Assembly (NCBI GenBank): GCA_965237905.1
Contig: OZ250172.1
Location: forward strand, 1,600,001-1,664,000
Length of the DNA: 64,000 bases
DNA from: Nitrospinaceae bacterium
Lineage (GTDB): Bacteria > Nitrospinota > Nitrospinia > Nitrospinales > Nitrospinaceae
Direction of reading: 5' to 3'
Shown here: positions 30,260 through 41,431 of the stretch, piece by piece
Layout: each line of letters starts with the position of its first letter
Position numbering within the stretch: position 1 is the first letter of the stretch
Notes under the pieces: model-generated
The model's database searches: none
Seen by the model: only the letters and a program-made list of their open reading frames with translations
Told to the model about the DNA's origin: nothing
Position numbers and translations under genes: made by a program

Positions 30260-30925
30260 ATGAAACAGTTATTGATCGTGTCCCTGCTGGCGTTCGGCCT
30301 GGTCGGAGCCACCAGCGGATTTGAGGAAAGCCGCCAAAGTAACAAGTTTTTCAACCGGGATGTCGGGTTTGCCCTCACCAAGCACCCCGATTGGCATTTT
30401 CTGAACCTGGATAATGCGGAAATCTGGATGACGAGCCCCGATAACAGCGAAGAGGGAAAACTGAAACTCAAACAGCATATTCAGAGCTTGAGGGAGCAGG
30501 AAGCCACAACGGGTATGGCACCGCTGTTCATTGCAAAACACGAGGAACCTTATCCTGATCTCAATCCCACGATCAAGGTGTCTTTGCACTATATCGACGA
30601 TCTACCGAAGGACGTCTCCCCGCTGGCGATCGCGGCGGTCATGGCCAAAAGCGTCTCAGAGAACAATGAAGGCTTCAAGATGATGGACCGAATCCGGTTG
30701 GTCCGGGTTTCCAATTTTAAAGCGGGTTATCTGAGCTTCACCCTTGATGGAGAACTCAACTCGGGAGAAAAAAAGGCCGCCATGAACCAGGTGTATTTGA
30801 TCCCGCGGGGAAAATACGTCTTTGAGATCACCATCTCCACTCCTTTGAAATGCGATGTCAACACGGATGCGGACCTGGAGGAAATGATGGAATCGATTTT
30901 TATCTTAAAACCTTTCGAAATATAA
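30260..30925 (+). CDS. Hypothetical exported protein
   Basis: GAGGAGG RBS; signal peptide. Confidence 0.7.
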   Translation: MKQLLIVSLLAFGLVGATSGFEESRQSNKFFNRDVGFALTKHPDWHFLNLDNAEIWMTSPDNSEEGKLKLKQHIQSLREQEATTGMAPLFIAKHEEPYPDLNPTIKVSLHYIDDLPKDVSPLAIAAVMAKSVSENNEGFKMMDRIRLVRVSNFKAGYLSFTLDGELNSGEKKAAMNQVYLIPRGKYVFEITISTPLKCDVNTDADLEEMMESIFILKPFEI

Positions 30926-31164
30926 ACAGCAGGACACAAACGCGCCCCGCCTTGGTAAGGTAAGGAGGGGATACAGGGGAGGTGGATAAAACCCTCCTCT
31001 TGCCTTTTTTGGTGTGTCCGATCGGATGCATCCCAAAGAATATCTTTGAAAATCAGCACTTTAAGGGCATCCCACCCAAAATTTATTAAATTATCCTATT
31101 ATTACCTTTACAATAAATGGGTTCGGTTCGAACCCATTTTCTACTCACCAGACAGAGGAATTCC

Positions 31165-31728
31165 ATGACCGGAAAAAAGAAAAATAAAACCATTTTAATC
31201 ATTGTTGCCGCGCTGGTTCTGGCGGGAGCGGGCGTGTACGGTTTCATGAACATGGAAACACTGGAAATCCTGGTCAAAAAAACGACGGGGAGTGATTCCC
31301 AGGACCTTCTGGCACTGGCTAAGGAAGCGGAACAGGACGGCGACAACGATAAGGCTCTGGGCTATTATCAGGGATTTCTCGACGTTCATTCGGATACCGA
31401 TCCCGCTACGGGCTTCGCCTATGCTGGCATAGGGAACATCTACTTGAAACAGTTGAAATACAACAAGGCCATCGAATATTTAAAGAAGGGACTCGACCAT
31501 TCCGCCCAATTCGCAGGTAAGCAGAGCCAGCAGGCGGCGGACCAGTGGTTCATCCTGGGTTCGGTATACGACAAACAGGGAGAGATCCAAACGGCCCTCG
31601 ATCATTACAAAAACAGCCGTGAGATCCAGGTCAAGCTGGATGGGGATACTGAAAAAGTGGACAAAATGATTGATGCGCTGGAAGACTACATGGTCAACGC
31701 CAACCTGCATACCAGTTCTTCGTCATAA
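31165..31728 (+). CDS. Membrane-anchored TPR protein
   Basis: Basic N-terminus plus TM helix; three TPR-like units. Confidence 0.8.
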   Translation: MTGKKKNKTILIIVAALVLAGAGVYGFMNMETLEILVKKTTGSDSQDLLALAKEAEQDGDNDKALGYYQGFLDVHSDTDPATGFAYAGIGNIYLKQLKYNKAIEYLKKGLDHSAQFAGKQSQQAADQWFILGSVYDKQGEIQTALDHYKNSREIQVKLDGDTEKVDKMIDALEDYMVNANLHTSSSS

Positions 31729-31750
31729 CCCCTGATTATCACCTATGAGT

Positions 31751-31803
31751 TGTCACCCTGAGCCCTTCGACAAGCTCAGGACGGGCTCTATTGAAGGGCG
31801 ACA
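31751..31803. repeat. REP-like element (GTCACCCTGAGC...CTTCGACAAGCTCAGG)
   Basis: Related sequences at 30021-30047 and 44224-44247. Confidence 0.65.
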
Positions 31804-31984
31804 TTAATCTACCCTTCCACCCAACTTCTCCACTGGGTGGAGAAGAGATATTCCTCGCTCCGTGTTCCGGTTTTCTCCATGTTTCTCTGCATTCAGTAGC
31901 AGTTCATATTGACTTTTCCCACCAAATAGTTCAACATGCTGTTTTTTAAGGGTTTTTAGACCTTTCGCCCGCGGGAATTCGCCC

Positions 31985-32012
31985 TTGACAAAATGGCGGC
32001 AGGTCTTAGAAT
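31985..32012 (+). promoter_or_regulatory. Sigma-70 promoter for tRNA-Val/thrS
   Basis: TTGACA-16-TAGAAT. Confidence 0.7.
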
Positions 32013-32045
32013 GTCGTTTCATCCGCATCCAAATTTTGGATTTAC

Positions 32046-32117
32046 AGGCGCGTAGCTCAGGGGTAGAGTACTTGCTTGACATGCAAGGGGTCGGCGGTTC
32101 GAAACCGCCCGCGCCTA
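32046..32117 (+). tRNA. tRNA-Val(GAC), CCA not encoded
   Basis: Acceptor AGGCGCG/CGCGCCT; anticodon arm CTTGC-TTGACAT-GCAAG; T-arm GGCGG-TTCGAAA-CCGCC. Confidence 0.97.
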
Positions 32118-32214
32118 TGGTTTCTCCGCTGTCCTTCACGGATCAATCCCAAATCCATTAAACAATTTCATCAGACCGTTCATTCGGTGCAGGTTCACAG
32201 GTGTTTTTTATTAG

Positions 32215-33969
32215 ATGAGCAATCCGAATCAAAAGCAGTACGATCTCGATACCCTGCGTCACAGTTGCGCCCATTTGATGGCACAGGCGGTGAAACAACT
32301 GTATCCGGAAACCAAGATCACCATCGGTCCGGTCATTGAAGACGGGTTTTTCTACGACTTCCAACGCGAGGAACCGTTCAAACCGGAAGACCTGGAAAAG
32401 ATCGAACACCGGATGCACCAGATCGCCAAAAAGGGTCTGGATATCCAACGCGTTGAACTGTCACCCGAATCCGCCAAGAACATATTCAGCGCGATGGGTG
32501 AAAATTTCAAGGTGGAGATCATCGAGGATTTCGCGGAAGGGGAAATCGTTTCCGCTTACACGCAGGGGGAATTCACCGATCTGTGCCGCGGTCCGCATGT
32601 GGAAAATACCAAGGACCTCAAGGTATTCAAACTGCTTCACGCATCCGCCTCCTACTGGCGCGGGGACGAGCGCAACCCTGTGCTCCAGCGTATCTACGGT
32701 ACAGCCTGGCACGACAAGAAGGAACTCAAGGCCTACCTCAACCGCCTGGAGGAGGCCAAGAAGCGCGATCACCGCAAGCTCGGCAAGGAGTTGGACCTGT
32801 ACTCGATGTCAGAGGAAGTCGGACCGGGCCTGATCTTATGGCACCCCAAGGGCGCGCGCATCCGCTACCTGATGGAAGAGTTCTGGAAGCAGGAGCATTA
32901 CAACAACGGCTATGAACTGGTGTACACGCCGCATGCCGCCAAGATCGATCTCTGGAAAACCAGCGGGCACATGGAGTTTTACAAAGAGAATATTTTTTCG
33001 CCGATGGAGATCGAGGACAAAGAATACATCATGAAGCCGATGAACTGCCCGTTCCATATTCAGATTTACAAAACCGGGCTTCGAAGCTACCGCGACCTGC
33101 CACTGCGTTGGGCGGAATTGGGCACGGTGTATCGCTACGAGCGATCGGGAGTCATGCACGGACTGTTGCGCGTGCGTGGCTTTACGCAGGACGACGCTCA
33201 TCTGTTCTGCCGCCAGGACCAGTTGGAGGACGAAGTCGCCAAGGTTCTCAAATTCGTGTTGTTTGTTTTGCGGTCGTTCGGGTTCTGGGAATACAAGGTG
33301 TTCCTGAGCACCCGGCCGGAGAAATCCGTGGGTTCCGATGCGGATTGGGAGACCGCTACGGTGGCTCTGGAAGCGGCGCTCAAGCGGTCTGAACTGCCTT
33401 ATGAGGAAGATCCCGGCGAAGGCGTGTTTTACGGTCCCAAAATCGATATCAAGATCAAGGACAGCCTCAACCGGTACTGGCAGGTGTCCACCATCCAAGT
33501 CGATTTCAACCTGCCGGAACGGTTCGAAATGACGTATATCGGAGAAGACGGCAACAAGCACCGACCCATCATGATTCACCGTGCATTGATGGGATCGCTG
33601 GAGCGGTTTTTCGGGTGCCTGATCGAGCATTACGCCGGGGCGTTCCCGGTGTGGCTGGCTCCGGTACAGGTGATTCTGCTTCCCATTACCGACAGCCAAA
33701 ACCCCTATGCCGAGCAAGTGGCCTCGCGCCTCAAGGAGGAGGGCATTCGCGTTGAAAAAGACTTGCGAAATGAAAAAATTGGGTTCAAGATAAGGGAAGC
33801 GCAACTCCAGAAAATCCCTTACATGCTGGTTCTGGGCGACCAGGAAATTCAGGCCAAAACCGTGGCAGTAAGGAAACGAAAATCCAAGGAAACCCGGGTT
33901 ATGCCGGTGGAGGATTTCCTTAAAGAACTTAATGAATTGATCGAAACCAAAGCGGTGGATTCCGAATAA
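32215..33969 (+). CDS. thrS: Threonine--tRNA ligase (no N-terminal TGS domain)
   Basis: [33 protein letters not shown]. Confidence 0.98.
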   Translation: MSNPNQKQYDLDTLRHSCAHLMAQAVKQLYPETKITIGPVIEDGFFYDFQREEPFKPEDLEKIEHRMHQIAKKGLDIQRVELSPESAKNIFSAMGENFKVEIIEDFAEGEIVSAYTQGEFTDLCRGPHVENTKDLKVFKLLHASASYWRGDERNPVLQRIYGTAWHDKKELKAYLNRLEEAKKRDHRKLGKELDLYSMSEEVGPGLILWHPKGARIRYLMEEFWKQEHYNNGYELVYTPHAAKIDLWKTSGHMEFYKENIFSPMEIEDKEYIMKPMNCPFHIQIYKTGLRSYRDLPLRWAELGTVYRYERSGVMHGLLRVRGFTQDDAHLFCRQDQLEDEVAKVLKFVLFVLRSFGFWEYKVFLSTRPEKSVGSDADWETATVALEAALKRSELPYEEDPGEGVFYGPKIDIKIKDSLNRYWQVSTIQVDFNLPERFEMTYIGEDGNKHRPIMIHRALMGSLERFFGCLIEHYAGAFPVWLAPVQVILLPITDSQNPYAEQVASRLKEEGIRVEKDLRNEKIGFKIREAQLQKIPYMLVLGDQEIQAKTVAVRKRKSKETRVMPVEDFLKELNELIETKAVDSE

Positions 33970-33991
33970 CTTTTAACAAGGAGAAGACTGT

Positions 33992-34528
33992 ATCAAGAAA
34001 CAAAGAGTGAACACTATGATTCGTGTCAAGGAAGTATCCGTTATTGGCACGGACGGGGAGCAAATGGGAACCTTCCCCACCCGCGAAGCCATTGAATTAG
34101 CCCAGGATCAGGATTTAGACCTGGTCGAAGTATCACCCAATGCCAACCCACCGGTTTGCCGGGTCATGGACTGGGGCAAGCACAAATACAAGGCAAACAA
34201 ACGAGCCCACGAAGCCAAGAAAAATCAAAAGATTATCCACCTCAAGGAAGTCAAATTCCGGCCCAATACCGACCAGCACGACTTTGATTTCAAGGTCAAA
34301 CATGTGCAAAGGTTCCTGGAAGCCGGGGACAAAGCCAAAGTGGTGATCTTTTTCAAGGGCCGTGAAATTGTCCACCGGGATGGTGGCGAACGAGTATTGA
34401 AGCGTGTTGCGGAGGCCATGGAAGATTATGGCATCATCGAACAAAACGCTAAGCAGGAAGGTAGAACCCTGACCATGATCCTGGTCCCCAAGGGTAGTAC
34501 CAATAAAAAGGAAAGCAAAAGTTCCTGA
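33992..34528 (+). CDS. infC: Translation initiation factor IF-3, probable ATC start
   Basis: LDLVEVSPNA.PPVC, KEVKFRP; AAGGAG 8 nt upstream of in-frame ATC 33992. Confidence 0.95.
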   Translation: MKKQRVNTMIRVKEVSVIGTDGEQMGTFPTREAIELAQDQDLDLVEVSPNANPPVCRVMDWGKHKYKANKRAHEAKKNQKIIHLKEVKFRPNTDQHDFDFKVKHVQRFLEAGDKAKVVIFFKGREIVHRDGGERVLKRVAEAMEDYGIIEQNAKQEGRTLTMILVPKGSTNKKESKSS

Positions 34529-34539
34529 GAATCTGAGAG

Positions 34540-34568
34540 TTGACTCCGGGCCGATCTTGGGGTAGGAT
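34540..34568 (+). promoter_or_regulatory. Possible internal sigma-70 promoter for rpmI-rplT
   Basis: TTGACT-17-TAGGAT. Confidence 0.45.
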
Positions 34569-34593
34569 AGCCGGTCCCGATGGAGATTAAACA

Positions 34594-34788
34594 ATGCCAA
34601 AAATGAAAACTAACAGAGGTGCGGCCAAACGTTTCCGTAAAACGGCCACAGGTAAGATCAAGCGGAACTCCGCTTTTACCAGCCACATCCTAACCAGTAA
34701 AACGACTAAACGCAAACGGAATTTAAGGCAAGGCAGCATGCTCAAACCCGGGGATGCCAAGCGTATCCACGCGCTGTTGCCGTACTGA
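34594..34788 (+). CDS. rpmI: 50S ribosomal protein L35
   Basis: MPKMKT..GAAKRF. Confidence 0.98.
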   Translation: MPKMKTNRGAAKRFRKTATGKIKRNSAFTSHILTSKTTKRKRNLRQGSMLKPGDAKRIHALLPY

Positions 34789-34800
34789 TAGGAGAAAGTA

Positions 34801-35160
34801 ATGTCCAGAGCAATTAACGGGACCGTATCGAGAAACAGAAGGAAAAAAGTTCTCCGTATGGCCAAGGGGTTCCGGAGTGTCCGAAGCCGCGCATTCCGCA
34901 AAGCACGGGAATCGGTAGAAAAAGCCCTTTGTTATGCCTATCGAGATCGGCGTGCCCGCAAAAGAGATTTTCGGCGATTGTGGATTGCCCGCATCAACGC
35001 CGCCGTCCGGGCGGACGGGATGACCTACAGCCAGTTCATGCACGGCCTGAAAAAAGCCAATGTCGAACTCGACCGGAAAGTACTTTCCGATATGGCCATT
35101 CACAATGACCAATCCTTCAAAACTTTGATGGATACGGCCCGGGCGCAGTTGAGCAGTTAA
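34801..35160 (+). CDS. rplT: 50S ribosomal protein L20
   Basis: YAYRDRR..KR.FR.LWI.RINAA. Confidence 0.98.
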   Translation: MSRAINGTVSRNRRKKVLRMAKGFRSVRSRAFRKARESVEKALCYAYRDRRARKRDFRRLWIARINAAVRADGMTYSQFMHGLKKANVELDRKVLSDMAIHNDQSFKTLMDTARAQLSS

Positions 35161-35216
35161 CCATGGGGACTCTCCGGCCAGTGCGCCGCCCCAAAATCTT
35201 TCCGGAAAATTTAATC

Positions 35217-35249
35217 AGCTTGATTCCCACCGGGGATCAGGCTTTTTTT
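35217..35249 (+). terminator. Intrinsic terminator after rplT
   Basis: agcttgattccc-acc-ggggatcaggct followed by a T-tract. Confidence 0.8.
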
Positions 35250-35279
35250 GTTTAAACCTCATTTTCCTTTTCCCTGCAT

Positions 35280-36290
35280 ATGATCGAAAAAATTAAGCAA
35301 TATAAAGATGACTTCAAAAACCGAATCTCCGAGATCGGAATCGGGGATGAACTGCGGCAGTTGCGCACGGACTTTCTGGGGAAAAAAGGTCTGGTGACGC
35401 AGGTGATGAAGGACATGCGCGAGCTTTCTTCCGAACAAAAAAGGGAAGTGGGCCGGCACGTCAATGAGCTTAAAAACTGGATTGAAAATGAGATTAAAGA
35501 AAAAACCGACAAACTGAAAGGCGACTCCCCGGAAGGGAGCGACCGCACCTTCGATATCACCCTGCCCGGCCGCAAGGAAGCCCGCGGCTCGCTCCACCCG
35601 ATCACCCAGGTCATGGAGGAACTCATCGCCATCTTCGTCAGCCTTGGTTTTCAGGTAGCGGAGGGGCCTGAGGTGGAATCCGATTACTACAATTTTGAGG
35701 CTCTCAACATTCCCAAAGACCATCCGGCGCGGGACATGCAGGACACGTTTTATATCGGCGGCGAAAAAGTACTGCGCACCCATACCTCTCCGGTGCAAAT
35801 CCATGTCATGGAAAAACAGCAACCGCCGCTACGCATCATCGCGCCGGGCAAAGTGTACCGCTGTGATTCGGATATTTCCCACACCCCCATGTTCCACCAG
35901 ATTGAAGGATTGATGGTGGACGAAAATGTGGCGTTCAGCGATCTCAAAGGAGTGATGAACATCTTCGTGCACCAGATCTTCGGCGAAAAAACGAAAGTCC
36001 GGTTCCGTCCCAGTTTTTTCCCGTTCACCTGCCCCAGTGCGGAAGTGGATATCCAATGTGTCATGTGCTCAGGGAAAGGATGCCGGGTCTGTTCGCAAAC
36101 CGGTTGGCTGGAAATCCTCGGTGCCGGCATGGTGGATCCGGCGGTGTTCGGAGCCGTCGATTACGATCCGGAAAAATGGACGGGGTTCGCCTTCGGGATG
36201 GGAATCGAACGCATCGCGATGCTCAAGTATGGAATCAACGATATCCGCCCGTTCTTCGAGAACGACCTGCGCTTCCTCCAGCAGTTTTAA
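35280..36290 (+). CDS. pheS: Phenylalanine--tRNA ligase alpha subunit
   Basis: HPARDMQDTF, LRTHTSPVQ, FPFT.PS.E, GFAFGMG.ER. Confidence 0.98.
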   Translation: MIEKIKQYKDDFKNRISEIGIGDELRQLRTDFLGKKGLVTQVMKDMRELSSEQKREVGRHVNELKNWIENEIKEKTDKLKGDSPEGSDRTFDITLPGRKEARGSLHPITQVMEELIAIFVSLGFQVAEGPEVESDYYNFEALNIPKDHPARDMQDTFYIGGEKVLRTHTSPVQIHVMEKQQPPLRIIAPGKVYRCDSDISHTPMFHQIEGLMVDENVAFSDLKGVMNIFVHQIFGEKTKVRFRPSFFPFTCPSAEVDIQCVMCSGKGCRVCSQTGWLEILGAGMVDPAVFGAVDYDPEKWTGFAFGMGIERIAMLKYGINDIRPFFENDLRFLQQF

Positions 36291-36297
36291 TCCAAAC

Positions 36298-36407
36298 AAG
36301 AAAACCTATTCTGACAGGATAACAGGATAAAGTCTGAATAACCCGGAACAGGGAGTAGGGAACAAGGGAAATCTCCTCATTCCCTCTCTGTGTCCTCTGT
36401 GGTGAAA
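36298..36407. repeat. Composite intergenic repeat between convergent genes
   Basis: aagaaaacc...gacaggataacaggat (inverted at 56846-56878) and cctctg(t/c)ggtgaaa (also at 56884-56897). Confidence 0.55.
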
Positions 36408-36435
36408 TTATTCTTGGGTTTCAGTATCGTGCCGG

Positions 36436-37236
36436 TCAGGGCCGTTGGGATTTTTTGACGATGTCTTTGTCGAAGTAGTTGACGGACATGCCGGCGTCGA
36501 GGACGATGCCCTGGGCGTTGATACCGCTGGCGCGTTCGCTCAGCAGAAACACCGCCGTATCGGCCACCTCCTGGGTGGTCAGCGCCTGTTTGCGCAGGGT
36601 CGACTGTTCGGCGTGCAGGTAGGAATCGATATAACCGGGAATTCCCGCCGAGGCGGAAGATTTGAGCAATCCCGCATTAACGGAATTGAACCGCACCTTT
36701 GAAAAGGCGCTGAACGATTTGGCGAGAAAGCAGAGTGAAGAATCGAGCGCGGCCTTGGCCGGTCCCATATACCCGTAGTTCTCCGCCGCCATGCGCGTCG
36801 TGGAAATGGAGATGGTCACCACCGATGCGTTGGGATCGAACCGGTCCTTGAACGCATTGGCCAGGTTGATGAGCGAGTAACAGGAAATATCCACGCACTG
36901 CAGGAAATCTTTTTTCGACGTTTCGTGAAACGGCTTCAACCCTTCGGAAAAATTGGCGAAGGCGATGGAATGCACCAGACCGTGCAGAACATCGGTCTTT
37001 GCGGATACTTCCTTTTTCAGGCGGGCGATATCTTCGTCCCGTTCCACATCGCAGACAAACGTCCGGGCGGGGTCGATGAGTTTGGCGACACTGACTTTGC
37101 GTTCCTCGGAGCGAACGCTGTATAAGACGTTGGCGTTTTCTGCCTCGAGGGTTTTGCCGATATGATAAGCGACGCTTTTTTTATTGGCGACGCCCGTCAC
37201 CAGAATGGTTTTATTTTCCAGCCCGAGGAAACTCAT
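36436..37236 (-). CDS. fabI: Enoyl-ACP reductase, divergent FabI-like
   Basis: [33 protein letters not shown]. Confidence 0.85.
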   Translation of the reverse strand: MSFLGLENKTILVTGVANKKSVAYHIGKTLEAENANVLYSVRSEERKVSVAKLIDPARTFVCDVERDEDIARLKKEVSAKTDVLHGLVHSIAFANFSEGLKPFHETSKKDFLQCVDISCYSLINLANAFKDRFDPNASVVTISISTTRMAAENYGYMGPAKAALDSSLCFLAKSFSAFSKVRFNSVNAGLLKSSASAGIPGYIDSYLHAEQSTLRKQALTTQEVADTAVFLLSERASGINAQGIVLDAGMSVNYFDKDIVKKSQRP

Positions 37237-37661
37237 AGCTTCTCCTCCATGAGAATGACGGTGAACTCCACCGTCACCGCCGTCTGGCCGTCCACCTGCA
37301 CTTTGCCTTTCATATAATGTGCCGGACCGATGTTTTCCACATAGTCCGCCCTAATTTCTAAAACACTGCCGGGATATACGGGATTTTTAAACTTAACGTT
37401 TTGAATCCGCGACATGACGGGAACCTGGCCGTTGGGGGTGGGGAATTTTTCCGACATCAAAATCGCGCCGGTCTGGAACACGCATTCACAGACAAGAACT
37501 CCGGGCATGATCGGGAAATCGGGATAGTGGCCCTTGAAAAACGGTTCCTCCGGATCAATGCGCTTGCGGGTGACGATGTGGTCATCGGCTTGCTCGACAA
37601 TTTCGTCGACAAACAGAAAAGGAGGACGATGGGGTATGGCGTTCAGGATTTTTTCCTGCAT
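37233..37661 (-). CDS. fabZ: 3-hydroxyacyl-ACP dehydratase
   Basis: [26 protein letters not shown]. Confidence 0.9.
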   Translation of the reverse strand: MQEKILNAIPHRPPFLFVDEIVEQADDHIVTRKRIDPEEPFFKGHYPDFPIMPGVLVCECVFQTGAILMSEKFPTPNGQVPVMSRIQNVKFKNPVYPGSVLEIRADYVENIGPAHYMKGKVQVDGQTAVTVEFTVILMEEKL

Positions 37662-38404
37662 TATAATCCGCCTGTGATTTCCAAAACGGTGCCGTTGACA
37701 TAGGCGGAGTCGCGATCCGCCAGAAACAACACAGCCCGTGCCACTTCATCCACAGTACCGAAGCGTTTCATGGGCACCTGACTTAGGTATTTTTTCTTCT
37801 GATCCTCGGGAAGATCGGCAATGAAATCGGTATCGATAAATCCGGGCGACACACAATTCACCGTGATATTCCGGCTGGCCACTTCCTTGGACAGGGACCG
37901 GGTAAACGCCTCCTGTCCCGCCTTGCTGGCGGCATAATTGGCCTGCCCCGCGAACCCGTACCGGCCGATGGGGGAAGTGATATTAACGATCCTTCCGTAC
38001 TTATGCCGCATCAGATGTTGCACCGCTAACTTGCTCATATGGTACGTTCCCGTCAGGTTGGTGTGGATGACATCATCCCAATCCTCAACCGACATCATCC
38101 CGACCACGGAGTCGCGCCGTATCCCGGAGTTATTCACGAGAATCTCAAACTGTTTAAAATTTTCATCCACATACTTAAAAAACTCAACGACATCGTTATG
38201 CTCGGAAACATCAAATTGCCTGAGGTGGATGCGGTCCTTGTATTTTTCGTTGACTTTTTGAAACTTTTGCGCGGCCGAGGTATCGGAACGGTAAGTGGCG
38301 ATCACTTGAGCGCCGGTGGCGAGAAATGCTTCGGCTACGCCCCGACCGATTCCGCGCGTGCCACCGGTCACAATAACAGTTTGATCTTTGAAATCGAAAT
38401 TCAC
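37661..38404 (-). CDS. fabG: 3-oxoacyl-ACP reductase
   Basis: TGGTRGIG, GQANYAASKAG, PGFIDTD; GTG start. Confidence 0.9.
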   Translation of the reverse strand: MNFDFKDQTVIVTGGTRGIGRGVAEAFLATGAQVIATYRSDTSAAQKFQKVNEKYKDRIHLRQFDVSEHNDVVEFFKYVDENFKQFEILVNNSGIRRDSVVGMMSVEDWDDVIHTNLTGTYHMSKLAVQHLMRHKYGRIVNITSPIGRYGFAGQANYAASKAGQEAFTRSLSKEVASRNITVNCVSPGFIDTDFIADLPEDQKKKYLSQVPMKRFGTVDEVARAVLFLADRDSAYVNGTVLEITGGL

Positions 38405-38480
38405 GATAAATGGATGGGAAAGAAGAAGGAAAGAGACAACAAAAACTTAACTTGTTGGATGGATTTTCCGTTCGCGCAAT

Positions 38481-39929
38481 TTATACGCTGACGGTTTCCA
38501 GTTCCGGTTTGGGTTCGCACACCGCGTGTAAGAATTTATCCACCTCATTGGCCGCAATCACTCCGTAATTGGCCGCACCCAACCAACCGGACATGATAAT
38601 CCCCACCGAACCGGCGTGGAACAACCCCGCAACCTGCTTGGGAAGATCCTTACTGATCGCGAGCCCTTCAAACTTGGTCCCGAAAGACACGCCACCCGGA
38701 TGCGCGGTGTAGCGTTTGAAGGTCATCGGGGTGGAAGCTTCCAGGTGACCTATTTTTTTGCGTACATCAGGGACGTATTTTTCCAAAGCGTCCAGCGTCC
38801 GGTCGATCAAATGTTTCTTTTTCTTATCGTATTCCTGACGGGTCAAATGAGCCCAGTCCTTGAACCGCGCATTGGTCGACGCCACAATGGAGTACATGTT
38901 CAAACCCGGCCGGGTTTCCGGATAATAAAAACTGAACGTCCGGCTGGTGGTCTCCGGTTCCAAGAGAGATGCCGAACTGAATTCCTTTTCCTGGGAGGTG
39001 AACAGCAGGTCTCCAACATTATCGATCTTCTCGCCTCTTTTAATGCCCATATACACTTGGCAACTGCTGTCATTCAACCGGACTTTTTTAACTTCATCAA
39101 GAAAATCCGGGGAAAAATGTTCGTCACTGGTCAATTTGTGTATGGTGCTTAATATATTGGAATTGGACAAAACCGTTTTGGCTGGGATCATACGCCCCTG
39201 AACTTCCACCCCTTGCACAGTTTTATCATCCACCACTACGCGATCGACCATGCAATGGGTACGGATGTCTACTCCATTTTTCAACAATTCCTTTTTCATC
39301 TTTTTGATCAATTCGCTCGTGCCGCCTTTAAAGGTGTACACCCCTTTGTCCATGAAGTTGGCAAACACGATCCCGTAAGTGATCGCCGGATCGTCCAAAG
39401 TAGAACCGTTGGCGTAAGTGATCGGTTCCATCAACAGGCGGTGAACATCGGTCCGGCCGGGAAAAAACTTTTCGAACAATTCGCGGGTGGTCATCGACAG
39501 GTCGTCGTAAAAATTCATCGCCCGCACGGTTTGGAAAAAGTCGTCGATGGTTTCTTTAACAATCCCGAACCGGTCCTTCATCAGACGGGTAAAATCGTTT
39601 TTATCAAAATTGGTCCAGAAGGAGAATTGAGGGTTGTCGAAGCGGATATTCTTGAGGCGAACGATGGAGTCGGCGATTTCCTGGGTCCAGTATTTTCGGC
39701 AGGTTTTGATCATACCGGTGGGAAAGCCGTGCAGAGAAATATCCAGAATATGGCCGCCTTTACGTTTGAACCACGTGGCCAGTCCACCCAGATTATAGTG
39801 ATGTTCGAGGATGAGGACCTTGTGTCCCAATTTGGCCAGCTTGTTGGCGGCGGTCAAACCCGCCAAGCCACTGCCAATTACAATCGTATCGTAAGCCGAC
39901 TTGATTCCCTTCAGCCAGTCTTTAGCCAT
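38481..39929 (-). CDS. Phytoene-desaturase (CrtI)-like FAD oxidoreductase B
   Basis: IGSGLAGL...LEHH..LGG, KGG...L, ASTP.TF.RYT....G...G. Confidence 0.85.
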   Translation of the reverse strand: MAKDWLKGIKSAYDTIVIGSGLAGLTAANKLAKLGHKVLILEHHYNLGGLATWFKRKGGHILDISLHGFPTGMIKTCRKYWTQEIADSIVRLKNIRFDNPQFSFWTNFDKNDFTRLMKDRFGIVKETIDDFFQTVRAMNFYDDLSMTTRELFEKFFPGRTDVHRLLMEPITYANGSTLDDPAITYGIVFANFMDKGVYTFKGGTSELIKKMKKELLKNGVDIRTHCMVDRVVVDDKTVQGVEVQGRMIPAKTVLSNSNILSTIHKLTSDEHFSPDFLDEVKKVRLNDSSCQVYMGIKRGEKIDNVGDLLFTSQEKEFSSASLLEPETTSRTFSFYYPETRPGLNMYSIVASTNARFKDWAHLTRQEYDKKKKHLIDRTLDALEKYVPDVRKKIGHLEASTPMTFKRYTAHPGGVSFGTKFEGLAISKDLPKQVAGLFHAGSVGIIMSGWLGAANYGVIAANEVDKFLHAVCEPKPELETVSV

Positions 39930-41341
39930 TAAATTCTCCCGTATTCCGATTTGGCTTCTGCTTGCAAAATATGCAGGTTAGCCATTGAAATTCCGCTCAA
40001 TGTCGCACCAATGATACCCAAAAATCCCTGATCTGTCCCACAAATAAATAAGTTTTTTACAGGTGTCCGCCCACTCTTTATTTTGGTGGGAGAACCGTAC
40101 ACGGCACCATTGAGATGGCCGGTATATTTGAATATGGTCTTAGGCGTAAAAGAGTCAATGTATATAATATGATCGCTGAAATCGGGGAAATAAGTCAACA
40201 ACGCATTCACCCCCCGGTCCCGATACTCCTTTTTGGCCGCTCGGTAATCGGAGCGGGCCATGTCGTCCCAAAGCTTGAAATTCGCCTGGTTGGTGAGGCG
40301 GATCACCCCCTCGGACGGGGCCTCCGGGTACTGAAAGTTGCTGGGACAGCACAAAACACCACTGGTAACATCGGTCAAACCCTTGGGAACGCGGTACTTA
40401 AAGCGTGATTCGGTGCTGTAAAACACGATGCTCTTATCATATCCAACATCTTTCGGCATGCGATCCAGCACGAATATCGACTCGATAAACGACATTTGGC
40501 CGATTTCCAGGTCGGATTCTTCGACAATTCGCGGATGACACAGGCGTAAGGTCTCGACAATCCCGGCAGAAGAGAGGACCTTGTCCGCCACCAGCGTTTC
40601 GCCATTTTCCAGCTGGATGGATTGCAACTCGCCGTCTTTATGCGCGATGCTTTGCACTCCCGCGCCCATGCGTAATTCGCCGCCGAGACTCTTGTATTTA
40701 TCAACCAGCAGTTTCAGGATATAAGGCATCCCGCCGATGGGCTTGGCGAATCCTTCCATGAAAAGGCTCTTGAACATGATCACGAACTGGTAGAAATCCA
40801 TGTCGCCTTCCGCCGCGTTCCCGTAGTACATGATGGGACAATACAGCATGTCGATCAGCACCGGGTCGGTCAGGCAGGATTCCAGCACCTTGCGAGAGGA
40901 AATCCGTTGGCTGTCGTCCAGATCCAGCTCATTGAATTCGCGGATATGAGTGAGCAGTTTCTGAAACCCGTCAATTTGCTTGGGAAACTGCTCCGCGATT
41001 TCCTGTTCCATGAACTCGAATTGATTGGTGAACCGGATCGATTTGTCAGGGAAGCGGATTCCCGACATCTCCTGCGGACACAGGCGGAACTCGTCGTGCT
41101 TGAACCGCAGTTGCTTGAGAAGTTTGCCCAGCGGAGAACTACGCACACCCTTCGGCGTGTAATTGGTCATCGCGTGCAGGCCCACGTCGAACGTACGATG
41201 CTTGCGGGTATAAAAAGAATTGAGTCCACCAACCTCGACATGCTTTTCGACGATCAAAACTTTCTTCTCGAACATCGCCAGACGAATGCCCGCGGCTAAT
41301 CCGGACAGACCGGAGCCTATTATGATGGCGTCATAGTTCAT
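39929..41341 (-). CDS. Phytoene-desaturase (CrtI)-like FAD oxidoreductase A
   Basis: IGSGLSGL...EKH...GG, FDVGLH, FTP.T...[19 protein letters not shown]. Confidence 0.85.
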   Translation of the reverse strand: MNYDAIIIGSGLSGLAAGIRLAMFEKKVLIVEKHVEVGGLNSFYTRKHRTFDVGLHAMTNYTPKGVRSSPLGKLLKQLRFKHDEFRLCPQEMSGIRFPDKSIRFTNQFEFMEQEIAEQFPKQIDGFQKLLTHIREFNELDLDDSQRISSRKVLESCLTDPVLIDMLYCPIMYYGNAAEGDMDFYQFVIMFKSLFMEGFAKPIGGMPYILKLLVDKYKSLGGELRMGAGVQSIAHKDGELQSIQLENGETLVADKVLSSAGIVETLRLCHPRIVEESDLEIGQMSFIESIFVLDRMPKDVGYDKSIVFYSTESRFKYRVPKGLTDVTSGVLCCPSNFQYPEAPSEGVIRLTNQANFKLWDDMARSDYRAAKKEYRDRGVNALLTYFPDFSDHIIYIDSFTPKTIFKYTGHLNGAVYGSPTKIKSGRTPVKNLFICGTDQGFLGIIGATLSGISMANLHILQAEAKSEYGRI

Positions 41342-41431
41342 GGTCTTGATTGTAAATGAGGCTGGGGATCAAGTAAACCGCATGAGCGGCAGGGGATCAC
41401 AAAGGAAGGCCGGGGAAATCCTGAAACGGCT

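Noticed and set aside
29952..30263. 103-aa ORF after thiC
   Set aside because: It runs through the terminator and REP-like repeats and has no RBS.
31804..32139. 111-aa ORF over the tRNA
   Set aside because: It is the antisense reading of tRNA-Val and its promoter.
35163..35255. 30-codon ORF before pheS as a pheM-like attenuator peptide
   Set aside because: Two of its three Phe codons are just the terminator T-tract, and it has no clear RBS.
38481..41341. CrtI-like genes as carotenoid or hopanoid biosynthesis
   Set aside because: No phytoene/squalene synthase or cyclase nearby; they are embedded among ACP and fab genes.
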